Below are positions 28,429 to 37,902 of a DNA stretch of 64,000 bases, piece after piece. Both the position numbers and the translations under genes were made by a program. The notes beneath the pieces were generated by a model, which did no database searches, was not told where the DNA came from, and saw only the letters and a program-made list of their open reading frames with translations. Each line of letters opens with the position of its first letter. Position 1 is the first letter of the stretch. This DNA is from Steroidobacteraceae bacterium (GTDB lineage: Bacteria; Pseudomonadota; Gammaproteobacteria; Steroidobacterales; Steroidobacteraceae): contig DASQOO010000115.1 in the NCBI GenBank assembly GCA_035644435.1, forward strand, positions 6,556 to 70,555. The letters run 5' to 3'.

Positions 28429-29817
28429 GTGGAACTTCAACGCACCATTTCTCCTGTCGACGGCCGCGTCTATGTCGAGCGTCCGTATGCGACTCACGAC
28501 GATGTAGACAAGGCACTGGGCGCGGCCGCCCTGGCCCAGCGCGACTGGAAGCAGGTTCCAGTCGCCGAGCGCGCCCGGATCTGCCATGCGTTCGCGAACG
28601 CGTTCGAAAAGCATCGCGACCCGATCGCGAGCGAGCTCTCCTGGCAGATGGGCCGGCCGATCAGCGTCGCGCCGGGCGAAGTGCGCGGCACGCTCGAGCG
28701 CGCGCGTTACATGATCGACGCGGCAGAAGGCGCGTTGCGTGACATCGATGTGGGCCCGAAGGAAGGGTTGACGCGCTTCATCCGCCGCGAGCCGCTGGGC
28801 GTCGTGCTGACGATCGCGGCCTGGAATTATCCCTACCTCATCGCAGTGAACAGCGTCGTGCCCGCGATCATGGCGGGCAATGCCGTGATCCTGAAGCATT
28901 CGGCGCAGACGCCTTTGTGCGCCGAACAGTTCGCAGCGTGCTTCCGCGAGGCGGGCCTGCCCGAGGGCGTCTTCCAGGTCCTGCACCTAATCCATGCGGA
29001 TGCCGAACGCGTGATCCGCGATCCGCGGGTCGGATTCGTTGCCTTCACGGGGTCAGTCGAGGGCGGGCATGCGATCCAGCGCGCGGCTTCAGACCGCTTC
29101 GTCGGCACCGGCCTCGAACTCGGCGGCAACGATCCGGCGTACGTGCGAGCGGATGCCAACTTCAATCACGCGGTCGAGAATCTCGTGGATGGCGCATTCT
29201 TCAATTCCGGGCAATCGTGTTGCGGAATCGGGCGCATCTACGTGCACGATGCGATCTACGATCGCTTCGTCGAGGCTTTCACCGCGCTCACGCGCCAGTA
29301 TCGGCTCGGCAATCCGATCGAGCCGGAAACGAATCTCGGCCCGGTCGTGCGCACGCAGGCGGCCGACTCGATCCGCCGCTCGATCGCGCAAGCGGTCAAG
29401 GCAGGCGCGCGGCCCCTGATCGATGAAAAACACTTCCAGGCTAGCAAAAAGGGCACGGCCTATCTCGCGCCTCAGGTGCTCGTCGACGTGAAGTCGAGCA
29501 TGCCGATCATGCAGGAAGAGACTTTCGGCCCCTTGGTGAACATTGCCCGCGTCGCATCGGATGACGAAGCGATCCGCATGATGAACGACAGCCGCTACGG
29601 ACTGACGGCATCGGTCTGGACCGCCGACGAGCGGGCTGCGATTTCGATCGGTGATCGCATCGAAACCGGCACCTGGTTCATGAACCGCTGCGACTACCTC
29701 GACCCGGCGCTGGCGTGGGTGGGCGTGAAAGATTCAGGTCGCGGCTGCACACTCTCGGTGCTCGGCTATGAACACCTGACGCGACCGAAATCGTTTCACC
29801 TGCGCACGGCGGTTTGA
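28429..29817 (+). CDS. NAD(P)-dependent aldehyde dehydrogenase
   Basis: ALDH motifs FTGSVEGG, ELGGNDP, NSGQSCCG and EETFGP. GTG start. Confidence 0.9.
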   Translation: MELQRTISPVDGRVYVERPYATHDDVDKALGAAALAQRDWKQVPVAERARICHAFANAFEKHRDPIASELSWQMGRPISVAPGEVRGTLERARYMIDAAEGALRDIDVGPKEGLTRFIRREPLGVVLTIAAWNYPYLIAVNSVVPAIMAGNAVILKHSAQTPLCAEQFAACFREAGLPEGVFQVLHLIHADAERVIRDPRVGFVAFTGSVEGGHAIQRAASDRFVGTGLELGGNDPAYVRADANFNHAVENLVDGAFFNSGQSCCGIGRIYVHDAIYDRFVEAFTALTRQYRLGNPIEPETNLGPVVRTQAADSIRRSIAQAVKAGARPLIDEKHFQASKKGTAYLAPQVLVDVKSSMPIMQEETFGPLVNIARVASDDEAIRMMNDSRYGLTASVWTADERAAISIGDRIETGTWFMNRCDYLDPALAWVGVKDSGRGCTLSVLGYEHLTRPKSFHLRTAV

Positions 29818-29846
29818 AATCACCGCGCAGCTAGAGAGAGCACCCG

Positions 29847-31016
29847 ATGACGGACACCAACCTGAAAGGCCGCTGGAACTACCCGACGAGCATCCGCTTC
29901 GGCACCGGCACGATTCACGAGTTGCCGGCCGCGTGCTGCGAGCTCGGTATGAGCAACTCGCTGCTGGTGACCGATGCGGGCCTCGCGCGGCTCGACATGG
30001 TGCGCACTGCCGTCGAGTCGTGCCGCGCGTCAGGCCTGGGCTGCGCTGTGTTCTCGGACGTCAAACCAAACCCGGTCGAGGACAACGTCACGGCGGGCGT
30101 GAATGCGTATCGCGCCGGCGGACACGATGGCGTGATCGCGTTCGGCGGCGGCAGCGCGCTCGATACCGGCAAGGCGATTGCGCTCATGGTCGGCCAGAGC
30201 CGACCGATCTGGGATTTCGAAGATAAAGAGGACTGGCACACGCGCGTGAACGTCGCCGGCATGGCACCGGTGGTCGCCGTTCCGACGACAGCCGGGACCG
30301 GCTCCGAAGTCGGTCGCTGTTCAGTGCTCACCGATCTTCGCGATCACACCAAGAAGCTGATCTTTCATCCGCGGTTGCTACCGGCGATCGTGATCGAAGA
30401 TCCCGAGCTGCACGTGGGACTCCCGTCGAAGATCACTGCTGCAGTCGGCATGGATGCGCTGTCGCACAATCTGGAGGCGTTCTGCGCGTCGACGTATCAC
30501 CCGCTAGCAGATGGAATCGCGGTGGAAGGCATGCGCATCATCAAGGAGTGGCTCCCAGCGGCCTGCGCGGATGGCACTAACATGGATGCACGGGCACAGA
30601 TGCTCATCGCTTCGACCATGGGTGCGACCGCATTCCAGAAGGGTTTAGGCGCGATGCACAGCCTGAGCCATCCCTGCTCGGCCAATCTCGACACGCACCA
30701 CGGGCTCACCAACGGCGTGGTCATGCCCTATGTGCTGGTCTATAACCGCCGCGCGATCAAGGACAAGATGAAGCGGCTCGCGTCCTATCTGGGTCTGCGA
30801 CGCCCTTCATTCGGAGCGGTGCTCGACTGGGTGGTCGAATTGCGCTCCACGATCGGGATTCCAAACACTCTCGCGGACCTGGGCGTTACCGAAGCGCACA
30901 TCCCCGCGTTTGCCAAGATGGCGATGGCCGATCCCAGTACGCCGAGCAATCCGGTGAAGCTCTCAGTGCGCAAGTTCGAGAAGCTGTATCGCAACGCCGT
31001 AACGGGCGAGCTCTAG
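29847..31016 (+). CDS. Iron-containing (group III) alcohol dehydrogenase
   Basis: GGGSALDTGKAIA, VPTTAGTGSE and the metal-binding His region (HSLSHPCSANLDTHHG). Confidence 0.9.
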   Translation: MTDTNLKGRWNYPTSIRFGTGTIHELPAACCELGMSNSLLVTDAGLARLDMVRTAVESCRASGLGCAVFSDVKPNPVEDNVTAGVNAYRAGGHDGVIAFGGGSALDTGKAIALMVGQSRPIWDFEDKEDWHTRVNVAGMAPVVAVPTTAGTGSEVGRCSVLTDLRDHTKKLIFHPRLLPAIVIEDPELHVGLPSKITAAVGMDALSHNLEAFCASTYHPLADGIAVEGMRIIKEWLPAACADGTNMDARAQMLIASTMGATAFQKGLGAMHSLSHPCSANLDTHHGLTNGVVMPYVLVYNRRAIKDKMKRLASYLGLRRPSFGAVLDWVVELRSTIGIPNTLADLGVTEAHIPAFAKMAMADPSTPSNPVKLSVRKFEKLYRNAVTGEL

Positions 31017-31118
31017 CGGCGCATCGAGACCCCAGCGGCGGCTGGCGCGTTTTACTCAGGTGCCAAGGGCGTGCATCATGGCGCCCAAGGGCCCTTAAGT
31101 GGCCCGATATAAGTCCTT

Positions 31119-32765
31119 ATGTATACGGCATTTTTTGGTCTCGGCGAGAAGCCTTTCGCGATCACGCCGGACCCCAGGTACCTCTTTCTCAGCGAGCGGC
31201 ACGCCGAGGCGCTCGCTCACCTGCTGTATGGGATCAACGAATCGGGCGGATTCATCCAGCTGACGGGTGAGGTCGGCACCGGCAAGACGACGATCGTCCG
31301 CAGCCTTCTTGGCCAGATCCCCAAGGACGCGGAAGTCTCGCTGATCCTCAATACGCGCATCACGCCGGCGGAATTCCTGCTGACGATCTGCGAAGAGCTG
31401 CGTGTGCCCGTCGCGGAGAATGATCGACAGAGCGTCAAGGCGCTCGTCGATGCGCTCAACCGTCACCTGCTCGAGGCCCATTCCCAGGGCAAGCGCGTCG
31501 TGGTGATCGTGGACGAGGCGCAGAACCTGAGCACCGAGGTGCTCGAGCAGGTGCGCCTGCTCACGAACCTCGAAACCGCGACGCAGAAGTTGCTGCAGAT
31601 CATCCTCATCGGTCAACCGGAGCTGCGCGAAGTCCTGCAACGCATCGAACTGCGCCAGCTCGCACAGCGGATCACCGGCCGCTATCACCTCGCGCCGCTC
31701 ATGCGGCGCGAAACGGCCGGTTACGTGCAGCATCGGCTGCGCGTCGCTGGCGCGACCGGCGAGGTTTTCAGCAAGGGCGCGCTCTCGGAAGTGCACCGCC
31801 TCTCGCGCGGCATTCCGCGCATCATCAATGTCATTTGCGACCGCTCGCTGCTCGGTGGTTACACGCAGGACGAGCACCGCATCACGGGGAAGCTCGTGCG
31901 CCGTTCTGCCTCGGAAGTGTACGGGCGGCCGGTGTTGCCCCTTTGGAGCCGCTGGGCCGCGGCCAGCGCGGTCGTGGCGAGCGTCGCTGTGCTCGCCTTT
32001 GGCGGCTGGCAGTATTTCCGCAGCGGCGAGCCGCAACGCATGGTCGAGAACCTGTCGGCTACGGCTGCGAAGGCCAAAACCTCTGCAACTAAAGCAGCGA
32101 CTCCAGCCACGACGACGGCGCCAGCCCTGCCGTCGATCACCGAAACCCTGAGCGCACATTCAGGCGAGACCAATCTCGACGCCGCTTTCTCGAAGCTCTT
32201 TGCGCTCTGGGGCGCCAACTATCGCGCGGGCGGTTCGGACGCCTGCGACCAGGCGGTGCAGCAGGGACTCGAATGCGTGATGCAGCGTGGCTCGTGGGGC
32301 CAGCTGCGCGCGCTTAACCGTCCCGCGATCCTGCTGCTGAACGACGATGCCGGCATCGAGCATCAGCTGGTGCTGTCGCAGCTCGACGATGAGCGCGCGG
32401 CAGTGGAACTCGGCGGCAAACGCGAGCCGGTGAGCATCGCCGAACTTTCCAAGTATTGGTTCGGCGACTACATGCTGCTGTGGCGGCCGCGAGTGGCCGG
32501 CGGTAAGAAGTTGTCCCTGGGGATGCGCGGCGATGATGTCGGCTGGCTGCGGGCGAGCCTGGAGAAGGTGCGCGGCCTCGAGCCCTCCACGGACCGCACC
32601 GATGTGTACGACGAAAAACTCGCGCGGCTGGTCGAGGATTTTCAGCGCGAGCACCGCCTGACAGTCGACGGAATCGCCGGCATGCAAACACAGATCGCGC
32701 TCGACACCGCGCTCGCCGATCCGGCCACGCCTTTCCTGCGAGCGCCGCCCGCGCCGGGTAGCTGA
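31119..32765 (+). CDS. ExeA/GspA-like AAA ATPase with C-terminal peptidoglycan-binding domain
   Basis: MYTAFFGLGEKPFAITPDPRYLF N-terminus, Walker A GEVGTGKTT, TM segment, C-terminal PG_binding_1-like FQREHRLTVDGIAGMQTQIAL. Confidence 0.85.
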   Translation: MYTAFFGLGEKPFAITPDPRYLFLSERHAEALAHLLYGINESGGFIQLTGEVGTGKTTIVRSLLGQIPKDAEVSLILNTRITPAEFLLTICEELRVPVAENDRQSVKALVDALNRHLLEAHSQGKRVVVIVDEAQNLSTEVLEQVRLLTNLETATQKLLQIILIGQPELREVLQRIELRQLAQRITGRYHLAPLMRRETAGYVQHRLRVAGATGEVFSKGALSEVHRLSRGIPRIINVICDRSLLGGYTQDEHRITGKLVRRSASEVYGRPVLPLWSRWAAASAVVASVAVLAFGGWQYFRSGEPQRMVENLSATAAKAKTSATKAATPATTTAPALPSITETLSAHSGETNLDAAFSKLFALWGANYRAGGSDACDQAVQQGLECVMQRGSWGQLRALNRPAILLLNDDAGIEHQLVLSQLDDERAAVELGGKREPVSIAELSKYWFGDYMLLWRPRVAGGKKLSLGMRGDDVGWLRASLEKVRGLEPSTDRTDVYDEKLARLVEDFQREHRLTVDGIAGMQTQIALDTALADPATPFLRAPPAPGS

Positions 32766-32768
32766 GCC

Positions 32769-33446
32769 ATGTCCTTCATTCTCGATGCGCTGCGCAAGTC
32801 CGAGCACGAACGGCAACGCCAGGTCGGCCCGGGGATCGCGGACATTCGTGCCGCTACGGCTCGCCCGGGGCTTCCCATGTGGGCGATGGTCCTGGGAGGG
32901 CTGCTGCTGATCAACGTGCTGGTGGTGATCGCGCTCACATTGCGCGGCAGATCTGCTGAACCGGCCACTGCGGCCGTCATCGCGCCCCAGGCCGATTCTT
33001 CACCAACGCCTGCCACGAGCGTTGCCGCCACCACGACCACAAGTGTCCCCGTGCGCCCGCCCGACGTGACTCTGCGAACTCCGCCTTCGCCGACGTCGAC
33101 GCAACCCTCGCAAGCGTCATCATCCAACACGACTTCGCAAACGACCCGGGCCGATGAACCCACGTTGCGCCCGTCCCCGAAGCCGAGCGCCGCCGAGGAA
33201 TCTGCAGAGAGTTATGCGAGCCTGCCAACGATCGGCGACGTCTCATTGCAGCACGTCTCGCTCCCGGAACTGCACCTCGACCTGCACGTGTATGCGAGCC
33301 GGCCCGCGGATCGGTTCGTGTTTCTCAACACCCGCAAGTATCGCGAGGGCGGCCAGACGCCCGACGGGACGACCATAGAACGGATCACCCCGGACGGGGT
33401 CGTCCTCAATCACCACGGCGTTCGCTTCCTGCTCCCGCGCCAGTGA
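32769..33446 (+). CDS. General secretion pathway protein B (GspB/ExeB-like)
   Basis: MSFILDALRKSEHERQ N-terminus, TM helix, Pro/Thr-rich linker, conserved C-terminal domain. Starts 3 nt after the exeA stop. Confidence 0.75.
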   Translation: MSFILDALRKSEHERQRQVGPGIADIRAATARPGLPMWAMVLGGLLLINVLVVIALTLRGRSAEPATAAVIAPQADSSPTPATSVAATTTTSVPVRPPDVTLRTPPSPTSTQPSQASSSNTTSQTTRADEPTLRPSPKPSAAEESAESYASLPTIGDVSLQHVSLPELHLDLHVYASRPADRFVFLNTRKYREGGQTPDGTTIERITPDGVVLNHHGVRFLLPRQ

Positions 33447-35269
33447 ACACGGCGGCGGCCGGGACTGTGAACCTCGAGGGCGAGCGCCTCGGGCTCGCGC
33501 TGCGCGCCGGCATCCGTCGGCTGATCGCCTGCCAGGAGCATCTCAACAAGATCAATGTGTTTCCGGTGCCGGACGGCGACACCGGCACCAACATGACCCT
33601 GACGATGGGGGCCGTACTCACGGCGCTGCGCCAGCACAGCGGCAAGCATGCCGGCGAACTCCTGGTCGCGATCGCTGACGCCGCCATCGATGGTGCACGC
33701 GGCAATTCGGGCGCGATCCTCGCGCAGTTCTTCGTCGGTCTCGCGGAGCAGGTCGCAACGCTGCCGGTGCTGACGATACCGGCGCTCGCCGATGGCGCGG
33801 CGAGTGGCGCACGTTACGCGCGCGAAGCCCTCAGCGAGCCGCGCGAAGGCACACTCATTACCGTACTCGATGACTTTGCGGCCGCGCTCGCCGTCCAGGC
33901 GCAAGCAGGCCCGAGCGATCTTGCAACGCTGTTTCGCGAACTGCTGAGGCGGCTGCGCGCCTCTCTCGAGCACACGCGTGATCAGCTCGAGGTGCTGACG
34001 AGCGCCAACGTCGTCGATGCCGGGGCGCAGGGATTCGTGGAGCTGGTGCAGGGCATCGCGGATTACTTCGATGGCAAGGCGCTCGCCGACGATGCGCCCA
34101 TCGAGGTCGAGTACGACTCCCAGGATGCCGCGGGGGCGGAGATCGATCTCAAGGATCGGTTCTGCACCGAATGCATCATCAACGGCGCGGGCATCAATCA
34201 ACGCCGGTTGCGCGAGGAGCTGGCGAAGCTCGGCAGCGGCGTCGTGGTCGCGGGTACCGCGCGCAAGGCCAAGGTCCATGTTCATGTCAACGAACCGCGT
34301 GCCGTATTCCGGCTGGCGCGCGAGTTCGGCGAAGTCTCGGGGCAGAAGGCCGACGACATGCGCAAGCAGCAGGACGCGGCGCATCACCGCAATCGCAGCG
34401 GCGTCGCGGTGGTCGTCGATTCCGGCGCCGACATCCCCGAGGAGGAGCTCGAGCGTCTCGAGATCCACATGGTGCCGATGCGCGTGCATTTCGGCGAGCG
34501 CAGCTACCTCGACAAGATCGGCATGCGGCCGGATGAGTTCTATCGCGAGCTCGCGACCAATCCGCAGCACCCGAAGACATCGCAGCCCCCGCCCGGGGAC
34601 TTTCGCCGCGTCTTCGAGTTCCTCGCCTCGCACTACGAAGCTGTCGTATCCATCAATGTCACGGCGCGCGTGAGTGGCACGCTGGGGGCCGCCCAGAACG
34701 CGGCGGAACGCGTGCGCGCGCACGGCAAGGTGATCGTCATCGACAGCATGAATGCCTCGCTCGGGCAGGGGCTGCTGGCAATGTATGCCGCTGAATGCGC
34801 CCAGGTGGGCATGAACGGCCAACAGGTGAGCGAGGCCGTGCGTGCGATGGTGCCGCTCACGCTGACTTTCGGGCTGCTGCAGACGCTCGACTACGCGGTG
34901 CCTGGCGGCCGCGTGCCGCGTTGGGTCCAGGTGCTGGCGGACTTTGTGCACATCACGCCGATCATGCTGAGTCAGCGCAATGGCCGGGTCGGCGCCAGCA
35001 CAGTCATCTTCGGTCGCAGCCGGCTGCGCTCGCGGTTCGCGCGCCTGGTGCGGGGACGAATGAGCGACGATGCGGCCTACCGGGTTGCGGTCGGGCACGC
35101 GAATGCTGAAGAGGAGGGACGAGCGCTGCTCGAGGAAATCTGCGCGGATCGCAGTAACATCCGCGATCGATACCTCACCGCGCTGGGACCGGCGATCGGC
35201 GTGCACGGAGGCCCGGGCATGCTGGTTGTCGGCTCGCAGGAATACACACCGCCACAGGCTGTCGCATGA
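33443..35269 (+). CDS. DAK2-domain / DegV-domain fusion protein
   Basis: N-terminal DAK2 motif VFPVPDGDTGTNM. C-terminal DegV-like region (AVVVDSGADIPEEE...MVPMRVHFGERSYLD). GTGA overlap with the gspB stop. Confidence 0.75.
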   Translation: MNTAAAGTVNLEGERLGLALRAGIRRLIACQEHLNKINVFPVPDGDTGTNMTLTMGAVLTALRQHSGKHAGELLVAIADAAIDGARGNSGAILAQFFVGLAEQVATLPVLTIPALADGAASGARYAREALSEPREGTLITVLDDFAAALAVQAQAGPSDLATLFRELLRRLRASLEHTRDQLEVLTSANVVDAGAQGFVELVQGIADYFDGKALADDAPIEVEYDSQDAAGAEIDLKDRFCTECIINGAGINQRRLREELAKLGSGVVVAGTARKAKVHVHVNEPRAVFRLAREFGEVSGQKADDMRKQQDAAHHRNRSGVAVVVDSGADIPEEELERLEIHMVPMRVHFGERSYLDKIGMRPDEFYRELATNPQHPKTSQPPPGDFRRVFEFLASHYEAVVSINVTARVSGTLGAAQNAAERVRAHGKVIVIDSMNASLGQGLLAMYAAECAQVGMNGQQVSEAVRAMVPLTLTFGLLQTLDYAVPGGRVPRWVQVLADFVHITPIMLSQRNGRVGASTVIFGRSRLRSRFARLVRGRMSDDAAYRVAVGHANAEEEGRALLEEICADRSNIRDRYLTALGPAIGVHGGPGMLVVGSQEYTPPQAVA

Positions 35270-36186
35270 AGACTCAATACGATTTTCATACCCTCGATGT
35301 GTTCACGCAGAAGCGTTTCGGCGGCAATCCGCTCGCCGTATTTCCGGACGCCATCGGCCTCGACAGCGCGCTGATGCAGACGATCGCCGGCGAAATGAAC
35401 CTCTCCGAGACCGTGTTCGTCCAGCCGCCTGCCGATACGCGCGCGCACTGCAAGGTGCGCATCTTCACACCAGCACGCGAGCTGCCGTTCGCCGGTCATC
35501 CAACAGTCGGAACGGGTTACTTGCTGGCAACGCTCGGCCGCATTCCGCTGCGTGAAGAGCGCACCACCGTGCTCTTCGAGGAAGGCGTCGGACTCGTGCC
35601 GGTCGAAGTTCGCACGCGTGACGGCAAGGCTGATTTCGTGCAGCTGACCGCGGCGAAATTGCCGGAATTCGGACCATCACCACCCGATCGCATGCAGCTC
35701 GCCGCGATGCTGCACATTCAGCCCGACGACATCCTCGATGGTGTCGACCGGCCACAAGCCGCCTCCTGCGGCGTGCCGTTCCTCTTCGTGCCGGTGCGCG
35801 ATCGCGGTGTGCTGGCGCGGGCCGCTCCGGACACGGCTCGCTGGCGCGCGGCACTCGGCGATTACTGGGCGCGCGAAGTATTCGTGTTCTGCCGCGACCC
35901 GGAGCTGCCGGGATCGAATCTGCGTGCGCGCATGTTCGCGCCAGAAGCCGGCATCACCGAGGACCCGGCGACCGGCGGCGCCTGCGCGGCGCTCGGGGGC
36001 TACCTCGGCGTGCGCGCCACGATTGCGGACGGGACGCTGCACTGGGTCGTGGAGCAAGGCTTCGAGATGAAGCGCCCGAGCCTGCTGCACATCGAAACCG
36101 ACCTGAAGGGTGGCCGTATCGCCGCGGTGCGCGTCGGCGGGCATTCAGTGCTGGTCAGCCAGGGAACCCTGAGACTCGATTCATGA
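35266..36186 (+). CDS. PhzF family isomerase-like protein
   Basis: HTLDVFTQKRFGGNPLAVF and FAGHPTVG motifs. ATGA overlap with the upstream gene. Confidence 0.85.
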   Translation: MKTQYDFHTLDVFTQKRFGGNPLAVFPDAIGLDSALMQTIAGEMNLSETVFVQPPADTRAHCKVRIFTPARELPFAGHPTVGTGYLLATLGRIPLREERTTVLFEEGVGLVPVEVRTRDGKADFVQLTAAKLPEFGPSPPDRMQLAAMLHIQPDDILDGVDRPQAASCGVPFLFVPVRDRGVLARAAPDTARWRAALGDYWAREVFVFCRDPELPGSNLRARMFAPEAGITEDPATGGACAALGGYLGVRATIADGTLHWVVEQGFEMKRPSLLHIETDLKGGRIAAVRVGGHSVLVSQGTLRLDS

Positions 36187-37301
36187 AAATCGAAACTGTC
36201 GCCGTACATGCCGGCCGCGAAATCGACCCTGCGACGGGCGCGATCGTGCCGCCGATCCAGATGAGCACGACGTACCAGCGCGATGCCGACGGCGGCTATT
36301 CGCGTTCGTTCTCCTACACCCGGCCTGACAATCCCACGCGGCACGCGCTCGAGACCTGCATCGCGCAACTCGAAGGCGGGACCGAGGCCGTGTGCTTTTC
36401 TTCAGGCGCGGCAGCCACGATGGCGGTGTTCAGCCTGCTGAATCCCGGCGATCATGTACTCGCGCCGCAGGAGTGCTATTACGGCACGCGCCAGCTCCTC
36501 AGGGACTATCTCAGCCGCTCGGGCGTGCGCGCCGAGTTCATCGACATGTCCGATCCCGCGCAGCTCGAGGCACGCCTGAAGCCCGAGACGCGACTCATCT
36601 GGATCGAGACGCCGTGCAATCCGACGCTGAAGCTCACGGACCTGAAGGTGGCCGCGCGCTGCGCTCATTCCGTCGGGGCACTGCTCGTCTGTGACAACAC
36701 CTTCCCGACGCCCGTGCTGCAACAGCCGCTCGCGGCCGGAGCCGATGCGGTCGTGCACAGCTCCACCAAGTATTTCGGCGGTCACAGCGATGTCATGGGC
36801 GGAGCGGTGATCGTGAACGACGCGGCGCGTGCCACCGCCGTACGCGCGTACCAGGCCGTTGGCGGCGCGGTACCCTCACCCTTCGACTGCTGGCTGATTC
36901 GGCGCAGTCTCGCGACGCTGCCGCTTCGCATCCGCACCCAATCCGCCAGTGCTCTCGAGGTTGCGAAATTCCTGCACGGTCATTCCCGCGTTGAACGGGT
37001 CTGCTACCCGGGGCTCACGGACGATCCAGGCCATGCGCTCGCGCTGCGGCAGATGACGGGCTTCGGCGCGATGGTATCGGTGTGCGTGCGTGGCGATGCG
37101 CGCGCGGCGATGGCAGTCGCGGCGCGCACGCGCGTGTTCACTTGCGCCACCAGCCTCGGGGGCGTGGAGAGCCTCGTCGAGCATCGCGCTTCAGTGGAGG
37201 GGCCCGATACCCTGACCCCGCAGAATCTCCTGCGCCTGTCGATCGGGCTCGAGAATCCGCAGGATCTCATCGAGGACTTGGACCAGGCCCTGAAGGGCTA
37301 G
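36183..37301 (+). CDS. Cys/Met-metabolism PLP-dependent enzyme (cystathionine gamma-synthase/lyase family)
   Basis: HAGREIDPATGAIVPPIQMSTTY N-terminus and PLP-lysine motif SSTKYFGGHSD. ATGA overlap with phzF-like. Confidence 0.85.
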   Translation: MKIETVAVHAGREIDPATGAIVPPIQMSTTYQRDADGGYSRSFSYTRPDNPTRHALETCIAQLEGGTEAVCFSSGAAATMAVFSLLNPGDHVLAPQECYYGTRQLLRDYLSRSGVRAEFIDMSDPAQLEARLKPETRLIWIETPCNPTLKLTDLKVAARCAHSVGALLVCDNTFPTPVLQQPLAAGADAVVHSSTKYFGGHSDVMGGAVIVNDAARATAVRAYQAVGGAVPSPFDCWLIRRSLATLPLRIRTQSASALEVAKFLHGHSRVERVCYPGLTDDPGHALALRQMTGFGAMVSVCVRGDARAAMAVAARTRVFTCATSLGGVESLVEHRASVEGPDTLTPQNLLRLSIGLENPQDLIEDLDQALKG

Positions 37302-37323
37302 CGCGTCAGCCGACGCGGCGCTC

Positions 37324-37425
37324 TCAGTCCTCCAGCACGAAGGTCACCTTGAGCCGCACGCGATGCTCGGTGATCTTGCCCTTCTCGACCTGCACTTCGT
37401 GCGAGGCGATCCGTGCGACTGACAT
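37324..37425 (-). CDS. 33-codon ORF resembling a collapsed dodecin (possible remnant or mini-protein)
   Basis: MSVARIASHEVQVEKGKITEHRVRLKVTFVLED. GGAGGG SD 7 nt upstream, high GC3. C-terminal half resembles the dodecin ..GK(V/I)xxYQVxLKVGFRLE end. Below the track's length cutoff. Confidence 0.35.
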   Translation of the reverse strand: MSVARIASHEVQVEKGKITEHRVRLKVTFVLED

Positions 37426-37571
37426 GGCGATTCCCTCCGACGGCTTCAGCTCTGGGAACGGAGAGCCTACTGCCGAAACCGCGGCGAAACCACGCCTGAG
37501 AGGGCCGTGGTTTACAGCCCCGCCCCCCTACCGATAGATTGCCTGTCCATTCCAAGGAGGATCGGCCGCAA

Positions 37572-37880
37572 ATGGAAATCTCTGTGGTAGCCCTCATCGC
37601 CTTGATCGTCGCCGGAGCTGTGCTCGGATGGCTGGTGTCGGGCGCGGTGGCGCAGCGCCGCTTCGATTCGCTGCTCACGAGCCTGCGCGAGCGGCTGGAA
37701 CAGGCGCAGCGCGAACTCGACGAGCGCGTGCTCAGGATCAAGCAGCTCGAGACACAGCAGCTCGGTTTCGAGCGCGACATCGATGCTCACCGGCGCCGCA
37801 TCTCCGATCTCGAGCTCGAGATCGGGCGGCTGCGCATGCGCATCGTCGACCTGGAGGCTCGTGGCGCACCCGCGGCCTAG
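37572..37880 (+). CDS. Small membrane-anchored coiled-coil protein
   Basis: AGGAGG SD before the ATG at 37572. One TM helix (VVALIALIVAGAVLGWLV), then a heptad-like Arg/Glu/Leu-rich region. Confidence 0.6.
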   Translation: MEISVVALIALIVAGAVLGWLVSGAVAQRRFDSLLTSLRERLEQAQRELDERVLRIKQLETQQLGFERDIDAHRRRISDLELEIGRLRMRIVDLEARGAPAA

Positions 37881-37902
37881 AAGCGACGGATGCGAGACCG
37901 AA

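Noticed and set aside
33410-35206. 598-aa ORF antisense to the DAK2/DegV gene
   Set aside because: Arg/Ala/His-rich composition with no recognisable motifs. It is exactly antisense to a gene with clear family motifs, which is the typical high-GC shadow ORF.
37298-37780. 160-aa minus-strand ORF in and beyond the gap after the metB-like gene
   Set aside because: Ser/Arg/Cys-rich with no SD. It overlaps the better-supported plus-strand coiled-coil gene (37572-37880). The small dodecin-like ORF lies in a different frame.
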